Shown one piece after another: positions 19,926-29,200 of a stretch of 64,000 bases of DNA. Within the stretch, counting starts at the first letter, position 1. Each line of letters opens with the position of its first letter. The position numbers and the translations under genes are program-made. The notes under the pieces were generated by a model. That model was not told the DNA's origin and made no database searches. It saw only the letters and a program-made list of their open reading frames with translations. The DNA comes from a virus, in the IMG/VR virus record IMGVR_UViG_3300032073_000008, positions 46,318-110,317 of that record; one strand, given 5' to 3'.

Positions 19926-21796
19926 AAAGTATCTCCTGTGTACCTCGAAGTCCACATTGTCAGACTATATTTAACGCCACTCGTCAACTCTTCACACAAG
20001 TGACCGTGTGTTACCATTCCTGGAAATAGTATACACTTACCAACTTCTATATTTTTATTGGTGATATTTTGTCTTGGAAAAACTAAATCAGCACCCTCAT
20101 ACTCATCATTTAATTTTACTGATCCAGTAATCATGCTTGCGTCACAGTGATGGTTTAGGCTCTTTTGTGTTTCTAGACAATACCTCATAACAAACGCATC
20201 GCGTAATCCATACATTAATGTTGGTTTCCAGAATGCTTCTGTTATAGGATAAATGTTTTTCTGCCAATGGTTTTCTAATGCTTCAAAAGCACCAAACTCT
20301 GACATTCGTATTTCATAAGCTGGGAACTTATCTCCTTCCAATGGCTCCCACCCACCATGATTGTCTGCCATCGCAATCAAGTCTTCGCATTGTGATTGTG
20401 TCATGAAGTCTATGACTAACATATCATCGGATATAACATCAACCCCTTTGTAGTTTGGTATATACAACATTGGTGTTGACATCTTAACAGAGTTTCTTGC
20501 AGCATTAAATTTTTTCTTTGCTTCGTCACCACCGTTTCCATGATAGATACACCCAAATGTATTAGTGACAGGATTTAAAAATTTATTTTGGTCAACATCA
20601 TATTTCACTTGTGGCTCGTGACATTGGAATATGTAACCCTCATAGTCCAGCTTCATGTCATAATCACCAGACAAGAATGCTTTCTGATAAAATAGTTGAT
20701 CATCTGAAGAGTTTTCAATAGTGGCAGAGCTGAGTATCTTTTTCAGCTCACTTACAACCCCAATAAATGTACCGCTGTTTAGGTATCTATACTTTGTGCC
20801 ACCATCTGGGAACTTTTCAGCAAGGGATTTATCTGGCCAAATCTCTGTCTCGGATGAGAATAAAACTTTTGTTCGGAAGCTGAGATATCTTCTAGTTATC
20901 TCCTCAAGGTCAGAGAAATACATCACATCATATGCATCAGTAAAAAGAACAACATCGTTGTCTGGGAGTTCATTCACATAGTCTCTGAGGATATTAATCT
21001 TATGACCACCCCCAGTTGATTGCATAGTGCCACCTTGCCACTCAACACCTTTACCGAGATTTTTAGGATAAACACCATACAACGCAGCAGTGTCATTTAG
21101 AGGAGCACATTTTTTTATGTCAGTGCCAATTGTTACAGCGTGTGTATTGAAGTCAATGAAGAAGTCAGCTTCATTATTATTTTCTATATCTGATGACAAC
21201 AAAGATCTGGGTGTTTGCTTTATAACATCATCTTTAAATGCAACAACATTCATATTGTCTATCATTATAGGAAGATATTCGTCTACTGGTATTATTGCTT
21301 GATCAACATTCCCATCAATAAGCTGTTGTGCTGTTTTTGGCGTTATAGCATAAGCATGGGCGTTATATGGATATGATGGAACTTCAAGCTCATCATCTAT
21401 TGAAACAACCTCGTCAGGTCTATTTTCGTTCCTGCCAAAATAGACCATATCATATTTTTTTATTAGTTTATTTGCTTTCTTGTCGGTGTAATTATCTCCA
21501 ACAATCGCATCATCTTCTAATATGAGAACTGGTTCATTTAATTCGATGCATTTCAACCACGCTTCTCGATGAGATAAAGTGCATCCAACCTCTGATTTTT
21601 TAAGTTTTCTATTTAAGAAAGGATCACGCCAAGACAAATGCGATGAAAACCCAATGCCCTTCAATGCTTTGAAATCTAATCCAGAAGCATCTATGGCATT
21701 GAGCCATTCATAATTTGTTATTTTTGAATTTACTTTTAAAAAGTGTTCCTTGCGATCTGTTCTTCTCGCAAGATTTATAACCAACTTTTTCATCAA
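19922..21796 (-). CDS. Three-domain GT25 / PLOD-type glycosyltransferase / 2OG-Fe(II) lysyl hydroxylase-like fusion
   Basis: GT25: VINLARRTDR, EVGCTLSH, ILEDD, PVDEYLP. PLOD GT: GGGHK, FTDAYDV, WPD, YLNSGTFIG, DDQLFY, IFQ, HGNG. Hydroxylase: FVMRY...SLNHHCDAS, LNDEYEG, FPGMVTHGH. Confidence 0.88.
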   Translation of the reverse strand: MMKKLVINLARRTDRKEHFLKVNSKITNYEWLNAIDASGLDFKALKGIGFSSHLSWRDPFLNRKLKKSEVGCTLSHREAWLKCIELNEPVLILEDDAIVGDNYTDKKANKLIKKYDMVYFGRNENRPDEVVSIDDELEVPSYPYNAHAYAITPKTAQQLIDGNVDQAIIPVDEYLPIMIDNMNVVAFKDDVIKQTPRSLLSSDIENNNEADFFIDFNTHAVTIGTDIKKCAPLNDTAALYGVYPKNLGKGVEWQGGTMQSTGGGHKINILRDYVNELPDNDVVLFTDAYDVMYFSDLEEITRRYLSFRTKVLFSSETEIWPDKSLAEKFPDGGTKYRYLNSGTFIGVVSELKKILSSATIENSSDDQLFYQKAFLSGDYDMKLDYEGYIFQCHEPQVKYDVDQNKFLNPVTNTFGCIYHGNGGDEAKKKFNAARNSVKMSTPMLYIPNYKGVDVISDDMLVIDFMTQSQCEDLIAMADNHGGWEPLEGDKFPAYEIRMSEFGAFEALENHWQKNIYPITEAFWKPTLMYGLRDAFVMRYCLETQKSLNHHCDASMITGSVKLNDEYEGADLVFPRQNITNKNIEVGKCILFPGMVTHGHLCEELTSGVKYSLTMWTSRYTGDTL

Positions 21797-21854
21797 CCAC
21801 TCCGCAACATAATCAAATTTATGCTACTATATAGGAGTTGTAAAAAAGATGATT

Positions 21855-22019
21855 TTATCCTTTCTTCTGTTCCATCCTACCAATAGCATCTAAAGAAGCA
21901 AATGTACCAATAGCAACAACAACAATACCCATTGTCAATGACATTTGCTCATTGTCCATACCTCCAACAGCACCGAAAATTAAAAAGAAACCTAACAATA
22001 ATTGAATTGCATTTAACAT
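21855..22019 (-). CDS. 54-aa two-helix membrane protein
   Basis: MLNAIQLLLGFFLIFGAVGGMDNEQMSLTMGIVVVAIGTFASLDAIGRMEQKKG*; manual translation, not in the ORF track. Confidence 0.6.
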   Translation of the reverse strand: MLNAIQLLLGFFLIFGAVGGMDNEQMSLTMGIVVVAIGTFASLDAIGRMEQKKG

Positions 22020-22027
22020 AATATTTC

Positions 22028-22447
22028 TCACTTTAATGGTAGTTCAAAAGGGAAGCATTCAGCAAACAAAACTTTTTCGAGTTTATATGCCTCCTTTTCC
22101 CATGGTTGGTTTTCATACTGATATCCGTCAGCACTCCTTTTCTTCCATGCCCATCCACCGTTCTTTGTATAACCAAGTTCATTGCGCAGATATTGTCTTG
22201 CATGAACCATCTCATGAGCAAGTGTTATCATTTGCTGAAGGAATGTTGTAGGTTGAGTGGCAATAGTCAGCGTCAAATCATCATCATCATACCAACATTC
22301 ACCAATACATCCGTATGGAAGAACCCTCTGAAACTTAACAGTCAAAACTCTCTGAAATCTGTTTATCTTCAGTTCTTTGATTAAAGATTCAACATACAAC
22401 ATGACGGAGTCGCGATTTTTCACGCGACCTTTTATATTAACCAACAC
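22028..22447 (-). CDS. HEXXH zinc metallopeptidase-like protein
   Basis: TLAHEMVHARQY and YENQPWEKEAY motifs. Confidence 0.75.
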   Translation of the reverse strand: MLVNIKGRVKNRDSVMLYVESLIKELKINRFQRVLTVKFQRVLPYGCIGECWYDDDDLTLTIATQPTTFLQQMITLAHEMVHARQYLRNELGYTKNGGWAWKKRSADGYQYENQPWEKEAYKLEKVLFAECFPFELPLK

Positions 22448-22704
22448 TATGATGCAAACCTTGCGTCAAGCTCATCTTTTCTTTTGGATTCAATTTGAAG
22501 TTTGATCATATCAGCATGACCGACTATACGCTCCATGACTTCAGGATTTTCGTCAGCAAGAACATTCAAGAAACCTGTTAGATAACCAACAACATAATTA
22601 TCATTGTTAGCATTATTAAGCAAGTAGTCAGGATAGTTAGCTCTAATAGACGAAACGAAATCCTTAACAGCAAGCTCAGAAGTTTTAACATTATCATTAC
22701 TCAT
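22447..22704 (-). CDS. Hypothetical early protein
   Basis: SD GAGG; lies in an island of small early-type genes. Confidence 0.55.
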   Translation of the reverse strand: MSNDNVKTSELAVKDFVSSIRANYPDYLLNNANNDNYVVGYLTGFLNVLADENPEVMERIVGHADMIKLQIESKRKDELDARFAS

Positions 22705-22800
22705 AAAATTACCTCATAAAAAAAGAAGTGTTGCGTCATTTGGTTCCGACACCAAATTGTTACGCTAGACTCGGGACACGCAACACTATTAAAACAATGT

Positions 22801-23076
22801 CTACGCTACAGAGAGCATAGACAAGGGAACATTCCAACGAGAACCAGCATCGGTCTCTACAATCGCTTTGGTTCTTTTGATTTTAAGAACAACAGCATTC
22901 ATGTTCTCACTAGGGATAAAAACTTTTGAACCCTCGCGGAGATTAGACTTAACAGCAGTGGCTAGTCCTTTGCGAAGAGCTTTTTGTTTTAACTTAACAG
23001 CATCAATAACAGCATTTAAGTCAGTAGTGTTATCAATTTTCATGATAGAAGCGATAGCAGAATTAACATTACTCAT
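22801..23076 (-). CDS. Hypothetical early protein with SH3/KOW-like C-terminus
   Basis: Helical N-terminus then GSKVF...VLKIKRTKAIVETDAGSRWNVPLSML. Confidence 0.6.
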   Translation of the reverse strand: MSNVNSAIASIMKIDNTTDLNAVIDAVKLKQKALRKGLATAVKSNLREGSKVFIPSENMNAVVLKIKRTKAIVETDAGSRWNVPLSMLSVA

Positions 23077-23104
23077 AAAATATCTCTCTCAAAGTTAAAA
23101 ATTT

Positions 23105-23133
23105 ATTATATAAAAATGGAAAGGGGAAGGCAA
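23105..23133 (-). promoter_or_regulatory. sigma70-type early promoter
   Basis: TTGCCT-17 nt-TATAAT. Confidence 0.65.
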
Positions 23134-23149
23134 CAACTATTTTAGCCAA

Positions 23150-23362
23150 CTATTTACTAAACAGCGAAGCCATAATTTCTTTCTGCTTTTTCCAAGCAGA
23201 GAATGATGTGGTTTTAATACCGTTCGCTCTACGCTCAAACATCTCTTCATCATACTGTTCTTCAAGCATGATCTGTTCAGCATCTTCTTCACTCACAGGA
23301 GTATTAAGAGCTTCAAGGTATTCTTCATGGGTTAGTTCTTTATCATCATATAGTGGGTGCAT
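23150..23362 (-). CDS. Small acidic hypothetical early protein
   Basis: 70-aa ORF directly behind a sigma70 promoter. Confidence 0.55.
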   Translation of the reverse strand: MHPLYDDKELTHEEYLEALNTPVSEEDAEQIMLEEQYDEEMFERRANGIKTTSFSAWKKQKEIMASLFSK

Positions 23363-23393
23363 ATTTCTCTCTCTTTTTTTAGTTTACAAGAGA

Positions 23394-23422
23394 ATTCTAG
23401 CACAATTTTAAGGAATTCGCAA
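23394..23422 (-). promoter_or_regulatory. sigma70-type early promoter with extended -10 and A-tract UP-like element
   Basis: TTGCGA-17 nt-(TGc)TAGAAT with upstream A tracts. Confidence 0.6.
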
Positions 23423-23508
23423 GGTTTTTTTGAAGTTTTTTTATACCGAGTTTGAATATGGGGAAGGTTTTTTATAACTTTTTTGTATATGCTTGTAAAA
23501 TCAACAAC

Positions 23509-24588
23509 TTAGCCCAAAGGCTTACTGAGTTCATCCCAGCTTATTTCATAGTCGTTGTTGGAGTCTGCATATTTCATTATGCCGAGTTTCTCATATTCAG
23601 GGATAAATTCTGTCCTGAGCAGTCCTATCCTTTTCAGATTAGGCATTATCCGAGTGAATAATGTACTCTGGAACTTTCGTTGAATCCAATGGGGTGGATC
23701 CATTTGATAATCTTCGGTGTATTCAACATCCATACCATAATGCTCCCACAGAGCAAATGGCTTTAGATTTTTGCGACTAATCGTGCATGCTTCGAGAGCA
23801 AACTTCGCTCTATCATATTTTTCTTCTTCACTCAATGTTTCAATATACTCTTTAAGGTATGTCACACCAAAAGCAACATGCCTTGCTTCGTCTCTTAATA
23901 TCAGCTCTATCATTCTTTTATATACTGGATCGTCTGCTGCTTCTTTTGCTACACTGAATGCAGCCAATGCAAATCCTTCTAGGATTACTTGCATGCCAAG
24001 AAATTTAAGATCCCATCTTGGATCTGTGAGTATTTTATCTAACAACCCTTTGAAGTGTCTATTGACTGGCCAAAGTTTATTGAGTCTTGTTTGGATATAT
24101 TTGTTAAATGCTTCTACATGTCTTGCTTCATCAAATGCTTGACTTGCAGCATATAGTTTTGCGTTGTATGTGGGTGCACAACTACATAACTGACTAGCCA
24201 CTAATAATGAACATTGCTCTCCATGTAAGAACTGGCTGTTGTACCAAGAGAACATATCAGATAAGAATTGTACTCTTTTCTCTTTACTCCAACGCTTGTA
24301 TACTTTATGATTTTCCCATTGAGCATTCTCAAACTCAAACATGAAACTTGTGATTCCTGGATATTCAATAGACCAATCTATATCAAGCTCAACATTCCAG
24401 TTTAGCTTTTTACCAAGCTCATAAAGTCTTTTAATACGATCATCGTGCAGAGAGTAATCCCAGTTGTAACTTCCAACTAGAGGTGTTTCAAAAGTTTCTA
24501 TTATATCAGATGGCTCGAGGTCGGGGATAATGTCTTCACCGCAAAGTTTTATTTCTTTCGGTGGTGTCTTTCTTTTGTCAATCTGCAT
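23509..24588 (-). CDS. Ferritin-like diiron protein (AurF/N-oxygenase-like family)
   Basis: SQFLHGEQ, QAFDEARHVEAF, ILEGFAL, LRDEARHVAFG: two EXXH motifs plus two Glu ligands. Confidence 0.85.
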   Translation of the reverse strand: MQIDKRKTPPKEIKLCGEDIIPDLEPSDIIETFETPLVGSYNWDYSLHDDRIKRLYELGKKLNWNVELDIDWSIEYPGITSFMFEFENAQWENHKVYKRWSKEKRVQFLSDMFSWYNSQFLHGEQCSLLVASQLCSCAPTYNAKLYAASQAFDEARHVEAFNKYIQTRLNKLWPVNRHFKGLLDKILTDPRWDLKFLGMQVILEGFALAAFSVAKEAADDPVYKRMIELILRDEARHVAFGVTYLKEYIETLSEEEKYDRAKFALEACTISRKNLKPFALWEHYGMDVEYTEDYQMDPPHWIQRKFQSTLFTRIMPNLKRIGLLRTEFIPEYEKLGIMKYADSNNDYEISWDELSKPLG

Positions 24589-24589
24589 A

Positions 24590-25006
24590 CTATTCTCTGA
24601 AGTCTAGTATGATTGTTTCTTTCCAATTATCTTCTATTTGTTTTTTGGCAGCATTATCTTCAGCAAGGCTGATTTGTGCGTGAAATGGTCGGACTAGATC
24701 CATCTTCAAATCACCAGTATCTTCATAATGCTCTGGTGCACATTTTTGAGCAATGCCACGAAGTCTAGCAGGAGAGTCCTCTCTTGTGATTAGATCAACC
24801 AATCCATTTAATGTTGAGTCAACTGGAAAGTTATCTATCATTTCAGCAATAGTAATCTTTTCGTCTAGATCTCTTCCTTCATAAAACACAAGACCAGCAG
24901 TGCATGGATTAATTTCTAAAAACTGTCTATATGTTGTACCAATCTCATCCTTTCCATCAGAAGGGAGATCTCTAGCTGGTTTTTTATTTGGAAATTCGCT
25001 CATCAA
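24590..25006 (-). CDS. Hypothetical protein
   Basis: ORF coupled to its neighbours. Confidence 0.5.
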   Translation of the reverse strand: MMSEFPNKKPARDLPSDGKDEIGTTYRQFLEINPCTAGLVFYEGRDLDEKITIAEMIDNFPVDSTLNGLVDLITREDSPARLRGIAQKCAPEHYEDTGDLKMDLVRPFHAQISLAEDNAAKKQIEDNWKETIILDFRE

Positions 25007-25311
25007 TTATACCCCAATTTTTGACCAAAAAATGTGTTGTCCTCATCAGTATAATCATACTCATATGGTAAACTTTTTGCTCTAAATGTCACACTTGTGT
25101 TATTAATTATATTATCCATTTCACTAGAATATTGGCTAAATCTATTTCTTGGATCTTCAAAAACCCAAAAGTTGTAATCAACTTTATCAGGCTGCCTGAT
25201 ATCAGTGAAGATTAAATCAGACACACCTGTCAACTCCACCAATTTATTATTTATAGTGGCGTGCAAACTTACAGCATCAGCTTTTGTATCAAACTCAAAT
25301 ATATTAGACAT
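25003..25311 (-). CDS. Hypothetical protein
   Basis: Likely start ATG 25311 overlapping the upstream TAA. Confidence 0.5.
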   Translation of the reverse strand: MSNIFEFDTKADAVSLHATINNKLVELTGVSDLIFTDIRQPDKVDYNFWVFEDPRNRFSQYSSEMDNIINNTSVTFRAKSLPYEYDYTDEDNTFFGQKLGYN

Positions 25312-26219
25312 TATTGTGGTATTCTCCACTTGCCCATTAAATGACCCATAACTTGGTTTCTTTCACCATCAGAGAGCAATCTATTATAATTTATAATTTC
25401 CATTATATGACCACTAAACATTGCAAAGGTTGAATTATTCTGGGCGGTGCTGTTGCCTAAGGTATTAAATCCTGATCCTCCAACCATCCACCTTGTTCCT
25501 ATGTTACCAATTTTTGTTTTTGTTTGACTATCTGCAGCATCTGTCCCAGTGTTTGTTAATGTCATGCGACTACTACCAATTCCTGGATCACTATAAACAA
25601 CTCTTGTACCTGCATTCAATTGTCCATTATGTCCATTTGTTGAGTGGCTGTCAGTATAGTTTGTTTGATGCTGTATCAAAGCATCAACACCATCAGCTAA
25701 ATTAGTGGCAATTTCTATTTGAGCATCTGATGTACCAGTAGCTGTAGCAGAAGAACCGCCCATAGCAAATACATGGTCTTCATCATCACCAAATTGGGCA
25801 TCTGTCCCATCACCGCCCAACAATATACCATTTCCAGACTCTAACGCTTTAAGTCTAAAATAATTTGTCGCATAAGGTGAAGTTCTTAAAGATGTTGCTG
25901 TTTTATTTAAAACTATAAAGACAGTGTATTGAAACTCATTCCACTGCGGAGCAGTAGTATGCATTATTTCGTTAAATTGGAATCCATCTGGTCCAAAAAC
26001 TACTGATGGCAACCCATTTGAAGGAGAAGTTGAGGTTGATGGTTTTTTGTTATCTGCACTTTGTGTTGCATGATATCCATTACCAGACTTATCATTCCAT
26101 TGACTAATCAGTCCACTGCTTGAAGTGATACTACTACTGTCCGATGCATCTAACCATTGGTATAGATTTGGAATATCACTTGGAACAAATGATTGAGCAA
26201 CAACTGCAGCACTAAACAT
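25311..26219 (-). CDS. LamG/concanavalin-like lectin-domain virion protein
   Basis: WLDASD...WNDKSGNGYHATQ...FSGHIMEIINYNRLLS...KW. Confidence 0.7.
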   Translation of the reverse strand: MFSAAVVAQSFVPSDIPNLYQWLDASDSSSITSSSGLISQWNDKSGNGYHATQSADNKKPSTSTSPSNGLPSVVFGPDGFQFNEIMHTTAPQWNEFQYTVFIVLNKTATSLRTSPYATNYFRLKALESGNGILLGGDGTDAQFGDDEDHVFAMGGSSATATGTSDAQIEIATNLADGVDALIQHQTNYTDSHSTNGHNGQLNAGTRVVYSDPGIGSSRMTLTNTGTDAADSQTKTKIGNIGTRWMVGGSGFNTLGNSTAQNNSTFAMFSGHIMEIINYNRLLSDGERNQVMGHLMGKWRIPQ

Positions 26220-29200
26220 TAACTGATACCACCACCGAATATGGTGAGAGTATCTGAGCCAGTAACAACAAGCTCAGCAACACCACCTGAAGCAATAGTG
26301 CTGTTTGCACTTAATGCAGTAAATGAACCGCCTGAAGCAAAGTTTAATGTTATACTGTTAGTTGTTTTATCTAGTGTTAATGCTTGTGTTGTAGAGTTTA
26401 CAACTGTAAATATCTGACCAACAGTGCTAACAGAAGGAATCTTAAATATATTCACACCGCCAGTATGTGTGTTTATAACTTTCTTGTTTGCTTCCATTGT
26501 GTATGTTGTATTTGCAGCACTGATAACAACAGTTGTTGGATTTGCGGTTATACCACCAGATACATTTAATGACCCACTTAGTTCTAAATCAGAATAAAAT
26601 GTTGAACCAGCACCTTCTAAGCTCAACACTTCAGCATTAGTTCCTGCTGTTATAGCATCGAACCGTATACGACCATCTTCTGTTCCATCAGATACATCAG
26701 CAATCTCAGCATAAATTGATCCATACTGAATCTTTTCTGCGGGTGATGATGGTGGATTTGCTGTATCATTAATCCCAAAAAATCTTATAGCTCCTAATTC
26801 ATCATTATCTGACGCACTGTGCAAACCAGTTCCTGATTTACGATATAACTCTAAAACAGGATTTTCAGTCTGTCCTTCTGTAGTATCAAAACTTATTAGC
26901 GATAATGATCCAGAATTTAAAAACCCAGTTGAAGGATTATAAGTTAGACCGTACTCTCCAGTATGATCTCTAAGACCATTTGATTCATCATGAAATACAA
27001 CTGGTAAATTTGAATCCGTTAGCGTTGAGTCAGCAGTTACAGTAACCGTTGTCGCAAGAGTGGCTGTTGCCGCAGTCCCAGTAGTATCTTGGTTAAGAGT
27101 TGCTACCCTTGCTGCAGCAATTGTACCAGAGTTTATCTGTTCACCACTAATAGATTTATTTGTTAGCGTGTCACTACTTGAGGCAGTAATAAATGAACTT
27201 AACTCTGAGTCTCTAGCTATGCCACTTGGAATCCTTGCATCAGCTATTGTCCCAGTTAATTGACCAGCATCAATAGATTTATTTGTTAGTGTATCACTAC
27301 TAGATGCTGTGATAAACGAGCTCAAATCTGAAGTAAGAGCCATTGTACCAGCAGCATTAGGGAATGTAATATCTAATGTACCAAATGAACCTGCACCATC
27401 TACTTGAGCAGGAGCTTGCAATTTAATTGCATTTGTTCCATTATCAGTGCCTTCTCTAAATACAACAGCACCGCCAGTTGTAGTGCCTAATGCTGACATT
27501 GTCAAACCACCTAATGTGCTGGTGGTTAATGCAGTCTGTACTGCACTTGTTACAACATCAGGTATTCTCGCATCATCTATTGTTCCAGTTAATTGACTAG
27601 CATCAATAGATTTATTAGTTAATGTGTCAGTGCTATCTTTTAAAACGACTGTGCCAGATGCATTAGGTAATATGATTTCTCTATTAGTATTTGGATCATC
27701 GCAGTACAAAGTTGTTCTTATTGATGAACCTGTTGTATTACCTTCAAATTGTATATTGCCATTTTGTCCTAATATTAAATCATTATCTGATCCAAGCAAT
27801 ATTCCTGCAGGTGCTAATGTCATAACTGGATCTTCAACAGTACCATTATTTAAGATACCAAAATCTAATCTTCCATATTCAGCATCAGATGTTGGATCAG
27901 CTATCTCAGCATGAATGGTAGCATATTCTGTTTTGTTTCCTGCAGAGTCTTCACCATTGAATTTTATAATACCCAATTTATCATTTGTTGCAGGAGATGA
28001 AGAGTTACGATGTAATGAAATAATAGGATCAACAGCAGTTCCAGTATCAGGAGCAATAACTTCAAAAATATTACCACTAATTTGGTTTTGAACAAGTGGT
28101 CCAGTAACAGTTAATGAGCCCAATGTGCCGACACTTGTTAATGATGAAGATAATACAGTAGAGCCTAATTGCGTTTGACTCAGGATATCATTACCGTTGA
28201 TTCTAAATTGTTTAGTAGATGCAAGTTCGAAGTTTTCAGATGATGTCCAAGAATCAGTTGAGTTGATCCAATTGATTGTTTTGTCAGTTGAGCCTTTTAA
28301 TGTAATACCACCACCATCAGCAGTAGTGTCAGAAGGTGATGTGACAGAGCCAAGCTCTATGTTTTTATCATCTACAGTTAATGTAGTAGAGTTTACTGTC
28401 GTTGTAGTGCCATTAACAGTCATGTCACCATGAACAGTTAAATTGCCAGAAACATCACCATTACCATTAATATCTAATCCGCCAGCTGTAACTGTGTTGG
28501 CACCAACATCAATATTACCAAACCCTGATGAAATAGAACCAGAGTTTAAAGCACCAGTACCAACTACATGTGATAAGTTTGTGTTAACTGAAAAAACATT
28601 ATTAGAAAATACTGATGTGTTTGCAGTTAATGTTAAACCAGTACCTGCGTCAATAATAGGTTTAGGTCTTAAGAATGAACCATTCGCAGAAAGGAACAAA
28701 TAACTGCTTTGATTATTAGCAAATGCTCCACCCAAATTGTTTAAAGCTGCATTAGTCTCTAATGAAATTACATTATTGCCAGTTTGATCACTAATAACAA
28801 TTCCTGTTCCACCATAATACAGCGTGTCGGTATCTATTGGGGCAGTAAATTGACCTCGTGCGTTTAAGAAAGCAACAGTATTTCCTGAAGAATTGTCACC
28901 GCCTAAATTGGTTAATGCTGCACCAGCACTTAATGAAATTGCGTCTTTGCCTTCTTGGAAATCAGTATTTGAGTTTAGTGTTACTGTTATCCCAGTACCG
29001 CCATAATATTGTTCTGTAGCAGACCAGATACCATCATGTCTTAGGAATCTGGCTTGATCACTAGGATCATATCCAAGATTTATTATTGCAGCATTGGAAG
29101 AAAGAGAAAATTGATTATCAACATTTAAGTCGAGACCAGTCCCAGCTGTAAAGTTTTTAATGAATGTGCCATCTTTTCTCAGAATGGCTGTGGTATTTGC

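Noticed and set aside
19922-21796. DNA base hydroxylation/glucosylation (TET/JBP plus glucosyltransferase) system
   Set aside because: Motifs match PLOD and GT25 protein/glycan enzymes rather than TET/JBP or T4 alpha/beta-glucosyltransferases, and the locus is among virion genes. Not formally excluded without an assay.
23509-24588. Ribonucleotide reductase beta subunit
   Set aside because: The HGEQ / DEARH / DEARH pattern and context fit AurF-like ferritin proteins; no NrdB-specific motifs and no nrdA nearby.
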